The position numbers and the translations under genes were made by a program. From Candidatus Latescibacterota bacterium (GTDB lineage Bacteria; Latescibacterota; UBA2968), in the NCBI GenBank assembly GCA_965207885.1, contig OZ242311.1, positions 3,168,001 to 3,232,000 of the forward strand: a DNA stretch of 64,000 bases. The letters are read 5' to 3'. The notes beneath the pieces are model-generated. The model ran no database searches. It saw nothing but the letters and a program-made list of their open reading frames with translations, and had not been told where the DNA came from. Of this stretch, positions 9,230-19,670 are shown piece by piece. Positions within the stretch are counted from its first letter, which is position 1. Each line of letters starts with the position of its first letter.

Positions 9230-9991
9230 ATGCCCGATCGCTTGCGCTCAAAGGCCTTTGCACGGGGTATTGGCGTGATCTTTACCCGCGAAATTAATGC
9301 CTATTTTGACACGCCAATCGCCTATATCTATGCCTCGGTTTTCCTCATTCTGTCCTGCTCGACATTTATGAACGCCTTTTTTCTCAATGGCGTACTCGAA
9401 ATGGCACCTTATTTTGACCTGCTTCCCTTTTTTCTCATACCATTTATCCCTGCCATAACCATGCGTTCATGGGCTGAAGAACGCGCGCAACACACCATTG
9501 AATTGTTGATGACCATGCCCCTGCAATCTCTCCAGATTGTACTTGGCAAATATTTATCCGCCCTTGTTTTTTACATGATCGTCCTCTCGGGTACCTTGCC
9601 TATCGTTTTTATGCTGATCGTCCTGGGGACTCCAGACCTCGGTCTGATTTTTTCATCCTATTTAGGCGCGCTCTGCCTGGGTGCATTTTTTCTATCATTT
9701 GGTCTGTTTGCATCGGGGCTTACGCGCGATCAAATTGTCGCTTATGTTGTCGCAGTGCTATTGGGTTTTGTATTTGTATTGAGCGGACACGAAAAAGTGG
9801 TTGAAATCCTCGACGGATTGGTCCCCGCATATCACATCGGCAGCCTGCTCTATGAATCGCTCTCCATTGCCCCGCACTACAGTGCCTTTACCCGCGGCAT
9901 CATTGCCCTGCCGGCAGTACTCTATTTCTCCTTGCTTAGTGTCTTTTTTTTATGGATGAACGATCTGTCTCTCAAACGAGACCGCGGATGA
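9230..9991 (+). CDS. ABC-2 permease, GldF-like
   Basis: REINAYFDTPIAY, PAITMRSWAEER, LGKYL and SGLTRDQIVAY motifs; AAGGAG SD before the ATG at 9230. Confidence 0.9.
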   Translation: MPDRLRSKAFARGIGVIFTREINAYFDTPIAYIYASVFLILSCSTFMNAFFLNGVLEMAPYFDLLPFFLIPFIPAITMRSWAEERAQHTIELLMTMPLQSLQIVLGKYLSALVFYMIVLSGTLPIVFMLIVLGTPDLGLIFSSYLGALCLGAFFLSFGLFASGLTRDQIVAYVVAVLLGFVFVLSGHEKVVEILDGLVPAYHIGSLLYESLSIAPHYSAFTRGIIALPAVLYFSLLSVFFLWMNDLSLKRDRG

Positions 9992-9992
9992 T

Positions 9993-12900
9993 ATGGATAA
10001 TTGGATAAAAATTTCTCTGGTCTTTCTTTTTCTTATCGCCCTGGTATTTTACACAGGTCGTCTTTTGGAAAATCAGGTCACAGGACACCTGTATCTGACG
10101 GCAACGCTTTCGCCCGATTCACAAACCATTTATACCAAACTCGAAGCACCCCTTTCTCTGACGTATATCGCAAAGCATCTGAAGGGCGTAAAAACACCCG
10201 TACAAAACTTTCTCGCGCGCCTCAAGGCACTGGCTCCCGACCGCATAGATTACCGGATTGTGGATCCAGACTCTGAACCTGGACGCGCTTACGCCATTGA
10301 AAAAAAAGCCGCCCCCTTTCACCTGCGCGATATTCAACGCGACGAACACGGTGAACAAACGGTCTGGTCTTCGCTCGTCATCGCTTATGGCGATCACCCC
10401 GAAATTTTGATCCCCAGGATCACATCCTCAGACTTACCTTACCTGGAGCACCTGCTGCTCGCTCATCTCAAAGCACTCACACATCTCCCACGTCCCGTCA
10501 TCGCGATTTCTGCGCCACAACAATTTGGTCTCTTCACAAAATTTCTCGGCCAATGGGGTGATATTGCCCTCGCCGATTCCAATGCAATTCCACCGGATGC
10601 CGATATCATCTTTTGGATCGCCCCCGCAACCGCCAACTCTCGCGTCCTTCAAAATGCGATTGACAAAGGCCGCACGGTCGTACTCGCCGGTAGCCCATAT
10701 TTCATCGACTACTCGGTCAATGATACTGGAGAAGTAACATACCGCGCATATTTCAACGCGACCTGGGAAAAAATTCTGGCACCTCTGGGAATACGCCCAC
10801 AATCCGACCTTTTGATGGATCAAAGCCAGGGGCCGATCTTGTTCCGCGATAAAAAAGACGAAATTCACCAGATCAACGCACCCTTTCACCTGCGCGTTAT
10901 GCCGGGTTTTTACGACCTCAAAGGCTTTTTATCACCAGCCAGAGGCGCGCTGAATTTTGTATCGGCAGGTGCGCTGACAGTCGATTCGCGTGCGGTATCC
11001 GACTATCACCCCGATATTCTGGGCACAACCACGGATAATGCGTATATACAACCCCCTCCAACAGAGCCATTTACAAACAGCCACCTGAAGGAAGCACCCA
11101 CAATAGGCAAACAAAATGTGATGCTGCGGCTCAGACACAAGGATCCGTGGAAAGGAGAAATTCTGGTGCTCGCGACGTCCAGTCCGTTCCGCGATGGCAT
11201 ATTTAATCAACCCAACTACGCACATCGTGTCTTTCTTCAGACAATCATGCGCACATTCACCGACCACGACCGCATTGTGCGCGGTCGCGTTAAAAGACCA
11301 TCATCGCCGCCAATACCACAACTGAGCGCGACTTCGCGTGTGATCTGGCGGGTCTGTGTCGTATTCGTTGTCCCCTTGATCCTTCTAATCCTGGGCGTGT
11401 GCTTGTACTATAGCCATATGCGCGTATCTTTTGGACATCTCTCCTTACGTACATGTATTGCGATAGTGGTGCTGATTATTGCCTCCCCCCTCTGGTCCTA
11501 CCAGTGGGGCCAATTACTTGACCTCACAGCCGAAAAAATACATACCCCTTTGTCATTTTCTCGGGAGCAAATTCAAAATCAAATCCCAAAAGCCGACTTG
11601 ATCATCCCCACTCGCGCGCATCTTCCACCCGCACTAAAAAAAGTAGAAATGGAGACCGTTGCGCGACTCAACAGCCTCGGCATAAACTACACGCTTCGAC
11701 GACCAAAAGATCTGTCAACAGCTTATCTCAACCGCATTGGCCTGCGCCCATATCAGGTGAAAACCGTGCGGGATGACGTAGAAATTTCTCAATCCGTTAT
11801 CAGCGGTCTCTTGCTACACTATCCCGGCAGCGCGACAATCATCCCGCGTTTAGATGACCGAACAACAGATCACTTCGAATTTTTGCTCACAACGGCTACT
11901 CTTCGTCTATCCACGGGAAAAACGCCCCATATTGCCCTTATCTCAGAATCCCCGCGCCTCTCCCCCGCCGAGGCACATGAGTATCGCCAGAAACACCTGT
12001 CTCCCCCCAGAGGTGCCGATGTATTCAGTGAACTAAAAACGCTTTTGCGTACTTATGGATACCGCGTAAGCTATGTCAATCCGCGCACCCCCCATCTCCC
12101 GCCGCAAACCGACCTCGTAATCTGGATGCAACCGCGCCGAGATGCCAGCCCCATGATCGCCCTCTTGAGCCAGCACCTCGCTCGGGGTGGTCGCGCCATT
12201 GTCGCACTACAACACTACAATATCCAACAGCGCCAGTACTCAGGTGGAAATTTTGAAACCGTGTACTGGCCTCAGCCCCAATACCAGGACCTCAACCGCT
12301 ATCTGGAACCTCTGGGCATTCCACAGGCGCGCGAAGTGCTCATGGACCAAACCCGCTCGCGCCTCGCCCTTGAAACCCAGATTTATCGACGCGCAGTCCG
12401 CGAATACGACCCCCAGGAAGTGGCTCTACCCTTTCTCATCCGGGCTGTTCCGCCACATTTTGATACCACATTGCCCATTACACGACAACTTGGCGATCAG
12501 CTCTTTATCTGGGGCAATCGCTTTGTGCCAGACCCGCATCGGCTACAGATGTACAATCTGACGGTAACCCCTCTGATCAGCACGTCAAACCGCACCTGGG
12601 CATACCACTGGTCGGGCGGATGGTTGCCTAAAACTGCATTTTCCCCAGACTCACTTCTTTTGAGCCACCAATCTCTCGCACTACTCGTGACGGGCACATT
12701 TCCCCTGGCCGAGTTCAATGCATCATCCCCCACCCTCACGCACCCACTGCCCAATCCCAAAGGCCATCTGCTGCTAATCGGCAGTTCTGAAATGTTCAAA
12801 AATGAGTATCTCTATACGCCGGGTTTTCAACACGAACAATTCCTGCTCAACGCCGTTGCCTATCTCACACATGGCCCACAATTTGCCGATCTTCAAGCCC

Positions 12901-13037
12901 GCCGAAAAATCGCGCCGGGCTTTCCATATTTATCCCCCGACCAAAAAATCCTCTGGCGCGTTCTGGTCGTTGGCCTTGGTCCACTCTCCTTTGGTCTTTA
13001 CGTTTTTTTTCGATACATTAAAAAAAGGCCATGGTGA
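9993..13037 (+). CDS. GldG-like ABC auxiliary protein with two tandem modules
   Basis: 1014 aa, about twice a GldG. Two membrane-anchored modules separated by TM helices near residues 450-505; the second starts with the LDLT...H motif. Confidence 0.75.
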   Translation: MDNWIKISLVFLFLIALVFYTGRLLENQVTGHLYLTATLSPDSQTIYTKLEAPLSLTYIAKHLKGVKTPVQNFLARLKALAPDRIDYRIVDPDSEPGRAYAIEKKAAPFHLRDIQRDEHGEQTVWSSLVIAYGDHPEILIPRITSSDLPYLEHLLLAHLKALTHLPRPVIAISAPQQFGLFTKFLGQWGDIALADSNAIPPDADIIFWIAPATANSRVLQNAIDKGRTVVLAGSPYFIDYSVNDTGEVTYRAYFNATWEKILAPLGIRPQSDLLMDQSQGPILFRDKKDEIHQINAPFHLRVMPGFYDLKGFLSPARGALNFVSAGALTVDSRAVSDYHPDILGTTTDNAYIQPPPTEPFTNSHLKEAPTIGKQNVMLRLRHKDPWKGEILVLATSSPFRDGIFNQPNYAHRVFLQTIMRTFTDHDRIVRGRVKRPSSPPIPQLSATSRVIWRVCVVFVVPLILLILGVCLYYSHMRVSFGHLSLRTCIAIVVLIIASPLWSYQWGQLLDLTAEKIHTPLSFSREQIQNQIPKADLIIPTRAHLPPALKKVEMETVARLNSLGINYTLRRPKDLSTAYLNRIGLRPYQVKTVRDDVEISQSVISGLLLHYPGSATIIPRLDDRTTDHFEFLLTTATLRLSTGKTPHIALISESPRLSPAEAHEYRQKHLSPPRGADVFSELKTLLRTYGYRVSYVNPRTPHLPPQTDLVIWMQPRRDASPMIALLSQHLARGGRAIVALQHYNIQQRQYSGGNFETVYWPQPQYQDLNRYLEPLGIPQAREVLMDQTRSRLALETQIYRRAVREYDPQEVALPFLIRAVPPHFDTTLPITRQLGDQLFIWGNRFVPDPHRLQMYNLTVTPLISTSNRTWAYHWSGGWLPKTAFSPDSLLLSHQSLALLVTGTFPLAEFNASSPTLTHPLPNPKGHLLLIGSSEMFKNEYLYTPGFQHEQFLLNAVAYLTHGPQFADLQARRKIAPGFPYLSPDQKILWRVLVVGLGPLSFGLYVFFRYIKKRPW

Positions 13038-13057
13038 TTTAAACCATGGCCTTTTTT
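13020..13057. terminator. Bidirectional terminator between convergent ABC operons
   Basis: AAAAAAGGCCATGGT-gattta-AACCATGGCCTTTTTT. Confidence 0.85.
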
Positions 13058-13076
13058 ATTCTTCCACCTACCTGAT

Positions 13077-13682
13077 CTATCCTTCGTCTCCTGCTTTAGC
13101 TGAATCCACTACTGTGGGTGCGGGAGCTACATCTGAGGAATCCACCGCTGCTGGTGCAGGCTCAGGCAGTTTCTCTCCCCAGAATGTTGCATCGGTGCTG
13201 ACCTGATAGACGATGCTTCGATCCGTCAAGTACACTTCTGGACCATCTCCAATCCGCACATAATTGCGCGCCCAATCGGTACTCGACCTACCAAATACCG
13301 CGTGCGCGAGTAACTCATCTTTCGCATTATAGATCACGACATGCGTTCCCATCGCGTCATCTACGGCATACTTAGACCAGTTGTCGGACTTGTCTGTCAT
13401 TGTGGTCTCGCGACTTACCTTTAACACCTGCTCAAACAATGCCGTGATTCGCAGATCCCGAATTTTCAGAGTATCGTGTCCCACAATCGTCCACTCAAGA
13501 TCCTTCTTGTGCAGCGTCAGACTATCGCCCTTTGCCATCATTTCAATCCTGTAAATATCATCAGTATTTTCGGGAAAGACCTGGCCTGTAGGGGTCGTAT
13601 ATCCACTTTCTCGCACCTGCAAAAGCGCGTAAAGACCCAGCAGTACTGCAATCCCGATGAGAAGCCATTTTAAATTATTCAT
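13077..13682 (-). CDS. DUF4340 domain protein
   Basis: N-terminal TM anchor (MNNLKWLLIGIAVLLG), YVRIGDGPEVYL motif, typical position after gldG. Confidence 0.75.
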   Translation of the reverse strand: MNNLKWLLIGIAVLLGLYALLQVRESGYTTPTGQVFPENTDDIYRIEMMAKGDSLTLHKKDLEWTIVGHDTLKIRDLRITALFEQVLKVSRETTMTDKSDNWSKYAVDDAMGTHVVIYNAKDELLAHAVFGRSSTDWARNYVRIGDGPEVYLTDRSIVYQVSTDATFWGEKLPEPAPAAVDSSDVAPAPTVVDSAKAGDEG

Positions 13683-15183
13683 AGAGTGCCTCCAATCGCT
13701 TTGCACGTGCCACCACAAGCCGCCACTGTACCAGACCTAAGACAATGACCAGCAGCACGGGTAGCGCAATATTGAGGGTTTTTGCCGTGGTTCGAGTCGT
13801 ATCCTCCACAGTTTGCAACGGTCGCGTCGTAATCTCGCGCGATCTCAAAGCCACGAGGTCGCGGTCACCAATGAGCACATCTACCGCATTCATCACAAAA
13901 ATCCCATTGGATGGCACCTGTCCTCCTCCTCCGTCGAGTAGAAAATCGGTCGTAGAAACCAGCACCAATTGGCTCATCACATTTTCCAAACTATCTGAGG
14001 TAGCCGTCGCATAAACTCCCACTACCTTGCCCGGTTCGTTGAGCGATTGGAATGCCTGATTTTGAATGGGATTGAGATTGATAAACCCGGCCGCTGCACC
14101 CGAATGGTCCGATGTGACCAGCAAAGGCTTCACAAGGCGCGTTGAATCAGCAGTATCGTAAACAATCTCACTGGAAAACAGCATCTGAACTTGTTCCAGG
14201 CCACTGACTATTTCGTGATCGGGAAAAGATTGCAACACGGGAAAGAAAGGATACTCCACAGCCGAATTAAAGCGCAAAAACCCGCGCTGCTGAGATACTG
14301 TAACCGTGCCACAAATCCGGTCCATCACCAGGTTGTCAGCCAGGCTCACGCCAAATGGTTCGAGCACCTCGAAGATATTGGACTGAATGGGCGTCCCGCG
14401 CTGCGCCTGAAGGTCGCCATTGATCTTGCTTTGCGCCAAAAACAGATTGCCTCCCGAGTTGATATAGTTCCTCAGCGCACCGAGTGCATCTTCAGACAGA
14501 GAATCGACAACCCCATTGACGAGCAACATTTCAATATCGTCGGGCACGCCGGCACTCAAAAAGACCGAGCGCACGTCGTAGGCTTCCCGAAGTCGCGCAC
14601 TCACCCGCTCCATTGCCGGTGCCGAAGCCCCGGTATTCGCCACCCCAACTACAGAGCGGTTATCGTCAACCAGTTTTTTAATTCGCGTTGTAATCTCGTA
14701 TTCCAGTCCCGTGGTCGTTTGAATAACCGGCAACACCTCTCGTTTATCGCCGTAGAGCAGCACCATTCCCATATAAATGCGCTTTACCTCAAATTTGTCG
14801 TTTTCGAGTACCTGCAATTGCACGGGCTGAATACCGGATTTTTGCGCGTCAAGCGCTAATTTTTCATCGTCATCGGGTCTGTAAAACTCAAACCGAAAAT
14901 TGCCATCAGAATACGCGGCATATTCTTCCAGAATATCCTGCAAATACCGCCGCGTATTGCCGTATTGCCCGGGCAAATTTTCGGAAAAATAGACTTTAGC
15001 AGTCAAAAAATCGTCGATCTTCTCGAGTATCACCTTGCTCGATGGCGACAGCGAATAAATCTGATTCTCCGTCAGGTCCAGCCGAAAGAAAAAGTTACGA
15101 GAAACCAGATTGCCGAGTGCCACAAGCGCGATAGCAACGACAATAAAAATTACAAAGCTCTTTTTGGAATCAATCGCAGGCAT
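13675..15183 (-). CDS. GldG-like ABC auxiliary component
   Basis: RLDLTENQIYSLS, YLQDILEEY, LEYEITTRIKKL, LVALRSR...RPL and a C-terminal TM helix; GGAGG SD before the ATG at 15183. Confidence 0.88.
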   Translation of the reverse strand: MPAIDSKKSFVIFIVVAIALVALGNLVSRNFFFRLDLTENQIYSLSPSSKVILEKIDDFLTAKVYFSENLPGQYGNTRRYLQDILEEYAAYSDGNFRFEFYRPDDDEKLALDAQKSGIQPVQLQVLENDKFEVKRIYMGMVLLYGDKREVLPVIQTTTGLEYEITTRIKKLVDDNRSVVGVANTGASAPAMERVSARLREAYDVRSVFLSAGVPDDIEMLLVNGVVDSLSEDALGALRNYINSGGNLFLAQSKINGDLQAQRGTPIQSNIFEVLEPFGVSLADNLVMDRICGTVTVSQQRGFLRFNSAVEYPFFPVLQSFPDHEIVSGLEQVQMLFSSEIVYDTADSTRLVKPLLVTSDHSGAAAGFINLNPIQNQAFQSLNEPGKVVGVYATATSDSLENVMSQLVLVSTTDFLLDGGGGQVPSNGIFVMNAVDVLIGDRDLVALRSREITTRPLQTVEDTTRTTAKTLNIALPVLLVIVLGLVQWRLVVARAKRLEALYE

Positions 15184-15185
15184 GA

Positions 15186-15899
15186 CTACCTCCACTTCCG
15201 CATGTCAATAACGCGCACTGTAAGCGCCAAAAACAACCAGATCAGCGAGCCGAAATACACCAGATTGCGCGAATCTACAACCCCGCGCGACATATTGGAC
15301 AAATGGTAATCGACCGCCATAAACTGAAGGGGGCCAGCGAGGGCTGCAGGCACAAAAATCAGCAATTTGTCGAGCAGATAAAATCCCAACACGAATACCG
15401 CCGCGAGAATAAAGGCAACCACCTGATTATCCGTCAAACTGCTCGTGAATGTGCCAATAGCTGCGTAAAATGCACCCACCAGAGCCAGTCCCAAATACCC
15501 ACAGATTACGCCGCCGTAGTCGATATTTGTACCAACGGTCAAAAGCGTCAAGAAATGTATCAGCGTAAAACCCAACCCGGCCAACACCAGGGTAAAGGCC
15601 GACAAATATTTCCCAATCACAAGTTCAAAATTTTTAATCGGGAGTGTCGCCATCAACTCGTGTGTGCCCGCACTTTTCTCGCGTGCAAGTACTCCCATTG
15701 TGACCGCGGGTACGAAAATCAGATAAATCATCGGCGTAATATTAAATAGTGCCCGCATATCGGACTGACTGAACAAGAAGAACGTGTTGCTAAAGAAATA
15801 GCCGTTAAATAGGGCGAAAAATACCAGAAAAATATACGCCATGGGACTTTTGAAATACGCGCCGACTTCTTTGCGATAAATCGCTATCACATTATTCAT
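15186..15899 (-). CDS. ABC-2 permease, GldF-like
   Basis: KEVGAYFKSPMAY, PAVTMG..AREK.AGT.EL, SSLTDNQVVAF, RGVVDSRNLVYF motifs. Confidence 0.92.
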   Translation of the reverse strand: MNNVIAIYRKEVGAYFKSPMAYIFLVFFALFNGYFFSNTFFLFSQSDMRALFNITPMIYLIFVPAVTMGVLAREKSAGTHELMATLPIKNFELVIGKYLSAFTLVLAGLGFTLIHFLTLLTVGTNIDYGGVICGYLGLALVGAFYAAIGTFTSSLTDNQVVAFILAAVFVLGFYLLDKLLIFVPAALAGPLQFMAVDYHLSNMSRGVVDSRNLVYFGSLIWLFLALTVRVIDMRKWR

Positions 15900-16836
15900 C
15901 GCCCCCTCCTTCCCCAGTCAATCCGCGGAACACATCTTCGAGGTGAACTTGTTTTTGTGTCATCTCCAAAATAGCCCAGCCACTGTTTTTGGCATAATCA
16001 AAAATCGCCTCGCGGGGATCCATCTCACGGGCGTATTCTATCGACAGAACACTGTGACCATCGACCACCTCTATATTTGCAACTTCGATCTCATCAACGC
16101 TGTTGGTCAGTTCGGCGAGGCTCTCTTCATTGGCGTATTTTACATCGAGCGTCAGTTGCGTGCGCCCCATAAATCCCGCCATCAACTCTTGACTCGTCCC
16201 ATTGGCCACAATTTCGCCGTGATCAATAATCACAATGCGATCCACAGTGGCTTCAATCTCTTGCAAAATATGGCTGGATATAATCACCATCTTCTGCTGA
16301 CCCAATTCTCTAATCAGGTTCCGAATCTCCACAATCTGGTTGGGATCCAGCCCGGAGACCGGCTCATCGAAAATCAACACCTTGGGATCGTGCAAAATCG
16401 CGGCAGACAGCCCGACGCGCTGTTTATAACCCTTTGAACACGCAGAAATGGGCAAATGAATCACATCGCGCAAACCACATTGATCAACCACGCGGTCCAA
16501 AGCCGTTTTGAACTCTCCGGCGTCTATACCGCGAACTTGAGATATAAACTCGAGATAGTCATACACTCTCATTTCCCCATACAGAGGATTCATTTCGGGC
16601 AAATAGCCGATTTGCTCGCGAATATCCAGCGAATGGTCCTGAATATTCAGGTCGTCTATAAAGACATTCCCGGCACTTGGTGCTAAAAAGCCCGTCATAA
16701 TTTTCAATGTTGTGGATTTACCCGCGCCATTTGCACCCAGGAACCCGACGATTTCCCCGTCGTCAATCTCAAAATCAATGCCCTTGAGTGCATGAATGTC
16801 GCCGTAGTACTTCTCCAAATTCTCAACTCGAATCAT
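15892..16836 (-). CDS. ABC-2 ATP-binding protein, GldA-like
   Basis: GANGAGKST, CSKGYKQRVG, IFDEPVSGLDPNQI, SSHILQE and C-terminal LEDVF. Confidence 0.93.
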   Translation of the reverse strand: MIRVENLEKYYGDIHALKGIDFEIDDGEIVGFLGANGAGKSTTLKIMTGFLAPSAGNVFIDDLNIQDHSLDIREQIGYLPEMNPLYGEMRVYDYLEFISQVRGIDAGEFKTALDRVVDQCGLRDVIHLPISACSKGYKQRVGLSAAILHDPKVLIFDEPVSGLDPNQIVEIRNLIRELGQQKMVIISSHILQEIEATVDRIVIIDHGEIVANGTSQELMAGFMGRTQLTLDVKYANEESLAELTNSVDEIEVANIEVVDGHSVLSIEYAREMDPREAIFDYAKNSGWAILEMTQKQVHLEDVFRGLTGEGGGDE

Positions 16837-16971
16837 TCTGGAACTAACCTCCTGAAAAATGGGGAAGGACGACTAATTTTTCAAAACCAAAGATTTAAAC
16901 AAGTTTATGAAAAAAAATCAAGGAAAATTATAAAAAGAAGACAGCGATAAACACAGATAAAGATAAAAAGT

Positions 16972-17007
16972 AAAAAAAGGGCGTGCCCACAGGCCGCCCA
17001 TTTTTTT
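16972..17007 (-). terminator. Rho-independent terminator
   Basis: GGGCG(T)GCC-loop-GGCCGCCC stem flanked by A- and T-runs downstream of the amidohydrolase gene. Confidence 0.7.
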
Positions 17008-17012
17008 ATTTT

Positions 17013-17033
17013 ACACTTTACACTTCACACTTC
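17013..17033 (-). repeat. Tandem heptamer (G/A)AAGTGT x3 at a gene 3' end
   Basis: Minus strand reads ...GAA TGA AGTGT GAAGTGT AAAGTGT, overlapping the stop codon. Confidence 0.7.
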
Positions 17034-17787
17034 ATTCAATCCCATAAATCCGTCCCAAATTACCTCCGAAGATCAGTGCTTCCGCCTCGTCCCCCAATTC
17101 CAACCGCTGAATTGCCCGCTTGACCTGAATCGGGCGATATTCCGGCAAATTGGACCCAAAAACAATCCGTTCGGGTCCCAATTCTTCAACAGCCTGTTTG
17201 ACCTCATTCGGCACGGTTTCTTCGGGGTTAATAGCCCACAACTTGTGAAATCGCAGAATCGTTGTACCCAGATAAACATCGGGGCATTCACGACATACTT
17301 CAAGCGCTGTGTCAAACCCATCGGGAAAGCCCATGTGATCCATAATAATCGGCACACCAGGCACTTGTCGCGCCACATTGCCAATACGCTCGGCACTGCA
17401 GTTGTCGCGCCCAGAATGAATCGATACCACAATCCTCAGATCGCGCGCCGTCTCAACAAAAGGAATGACCATGGGATCATCCACATTGTATTTGTGAATA
17501 GCACCCATCAGCTTCACGCCCTGAGCACCGCGATCAACATACGTCTTCAATGCAGAAATTCCTTCTTCGCCCCAATGCGGATCCACGAGCGGACAGGGCA
17601 AAAGCTGGGGATGTCCCGCTGTCTTGTCGAGCAACCCATCATTATCTGGAAGGGGCCTGGTCTGCGGCATCACCACCGCCATCTCAAATCCCGCTTCGGC
17701 TTCGCATTCCAACAAAGCGTCAACCGTTATCTGCTGCCCATACCAATCATCTGTCAAATACGCTTCAAAATCTGCGGTAATCATCAT
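17032..17787 (-). CDS. Amidohydrolase_2 family protein
   Basis: GAQGVKL, VSIHSG, IIMDHMG, YLGTT and GPERIVFGSN.P motifs; AAGGAGG SD. Confidence 0.8.
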   Translation of the reverse strand: MMITADFEAYLTDDWYGQQITVDALLECEAEAGFEMAVVMPQTRPLPDNDGLLDKTAGHPQLLPCPLVDPHWGEEGISALKTYVDRGAQGVKLMGAIHKYNVDDPMVIPFVETARDLRIVVSIHSGRDNCSAERIGNVARQVPGVPIIMDHMGFPDGFDTALEVCRECPDVYLGTTILRFHKLWAINPEETVPNEVKQAVEELGPERIVFGSNLPEYRPIQVKRAIQRLELGDEAEALIFGGNLGRIYGIE

Positions 17788-17798
17788 GCCCTCCTTTA

Positions 17799-19553
17799 TT
17801 ACCGAATATCCATGGGTGTCATCTCCAAAACCTGTCGCGGCTGCCTCACTGTGCGCGCAAAGTGAAAAACGGGTTGCAACTCTGTAGTGAGTCTCTCCAA
17901 CGCATCGTCCCTGCTCAGCGTGCGGATCAACCCTTTTTCCATCACCTGTTCTATTAGCGTCTTTTCTTTGGGAAATACCACGAGATTGAGAGATGCATCA
18001 GCTTCCAATTCCAATGCCTCCCGAATTAGACGCATCGCAGTCTTCATGCCGCCCAATTCATCGACCAGGCCATGCGCTTTGGCATCCTCCCCAGTCCAGA
18101 TTCGTCCCTTTGCCACGGCGTGAACATCGGTCTGTGACATGTCGCGCCCCTCTGCTACCTTCGCCGTAAAATCTTCATAAATGCGGTCCAACCACGTCTG
18201 AAATTTCGCCCATTGCTCGGGCGTAAATTCTGCACCCGTGCCCCATATCAGCGCGTTTTCGCCTACCTGCGCCGTATCCCAGGTAATGCCCAGCCGTTCC
18301 CAAAATTCAGTTGTCACAAACTTTCCCGCTAATACCCCAATGGATCCCGTGACACTACCGGGTTGCGCCACAATTTTATCGGCATTCATCGCCACAAAAT
18401 ATCCCCCGGATCCGGCTACATTACCCATTGATACAACTACTGGTTTGTCGGCCTTCTTAGCTTTGGCAACCTCGCGCCAGATCGCATCTGAGGCAACGTA
18501 AGACCCACCGGGAGAGTCTATTCGAAACAAAATTGCATGTACATCCTTATCCTTCACAGCATCGCGAAAAGCTTTGGTCAACGTAGTTGCGCCCATTGTA
18601 GCAGACCCATATAAGGGATCGTAGGCACTCTTCCCGCGAAGCACAGGTCCCACGCCGTAGATCAACGCCACCTTTGTCCCTTCACCATAAGGTTTTTCAT
18701 CAATGCGCTTGAGATAATTTTTTATATCCAACCATTTGGTATCTTCGCCATGCTCGCGCTTCACCAGACCGTGCACCTCATCCCAATACGCCAGACTATC
18801 TACCAGGCCTTCGGCATGGGCAGATAAGGCCAAAAAAGGTCCGCGGTTAATGAGATCACGCACGGCTTCGGGCGTTGTACCCCGCGCCTGTGAAATACCC
18901 AGGACCATCTGATCGACCATCGACTTTAAAAGCGCTTCACTCGCCTCGCGGTGTGCGTCTGTAAATTTGGTTTCGGTATATAGGTTCATCGCATTTTTAT
19001 ACTCATACCGGTGATCCATCTGCACACCAATCCCAAGCGAATCCAATGTTCCCTTGACAAAAGGATGCTCCATCGCCAGTCCCATCAAGCCCACATCGCC
19101 CGAGGGTTGGAGATAGATGCGCTCAAATGCCGTCGCCAGATAATATCCGACATTACCCGCCCCGAATTCGCCAAATGTCTCGGCAAAAATCGCGGTGGGT
19201 TTTCCGCTTTTTCCAAAATCCAGAACCGCGTCTCTTATTTCCTGTGCCTGTGCAAATCCCATCGGCGCGCCGCCCCCACGAGCCAGCAATCCCACAACGC
19301 GATCATCAGTAGCCGCCGCGTCTAAAGCACCGACCACATCGCGCAGAGAGCGCACCTCATCGGCAAACAATTTTGCAAACGGATCTTCTGGCACATACTC
19401 CGCAACCCCCTGCTCCAGGTTGATCTCCAAAATTACCTGATCGGGTACGGGATCTTCGCCAGATAACAATACAACCAACGAGATGGTCAGGACGACCAGC
19501 CCCACTGTAATCCCGCCAATCCACGCCAAAATCCGACCTATTTTCTTCCGCAT
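17799..19553 (-). CDS. sppA: Signal peptide peptidase SppA (67K type)
   Basis: YYLATAFERIYL, YKNA, RIDSPGGS, SMGNVAGSGGY, TGSIGV, AKGRIWTG, GLVDELGG. Confidence 0.95.
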   Translation of the reverse strand: MRKKIGRILAWIGGITVGLVVLTISLVVLLSGEDPVPDQVILEINLEQGVAEYVPEDPFAKLFADEVRSLRDVVGALDAAATDDRVVGLLARGGGAPMGFAQAQEIRDAVLDFGKSGKPTAIFAETFGEFGAGNVGYYLATAFERIYLQPSGDVGLMGLAMEHPFVKGTLDSLGIGVQMDHRYEYKNAMNLYTETKFTDAHREASEALLKSMVDQMVLGISQARGTTPEAVRDLINRGPFLALSAHAEGLVDSLAYWDEVHGLVKREHGEDTKWLDIKNYLKRIDEKPYGEGTKVALIYGVGPVLRGKSAYDPLYGSATMGATTLTKAFRDAVKDKDVHAILFRIDSPGGSYVASDAIWREVAKAKKADKPVVVSMGNVAGSGGYFVAMNADKIVAQPGSVTGSIGVLAGKFVTTEFWERLGITWDTAQVGENALIWGTGAEFTPEQWAKFQTWLDRIYEDFTAKVAEGRDMSQTDVHAVAKGRIWTGEDAKAHGLVDELGGMKTAMRLIREALELEADASLNLVVFPKEKTLIEQVMEKGLIRTLSRDDALERLTTELQPVFHFARTVRQPRQVLEMTPMDIR

Positions 19554-19670
19554 AAAACCCTCCTGATAACCGGATTAAAATGACTTGTTGATATTGTTTG
19601 GACTGCAGTGAGACGCGCAAATATCTCACTGAGTTTCGACAAGTTAGTAATTCAAGACTGACCATACAAG

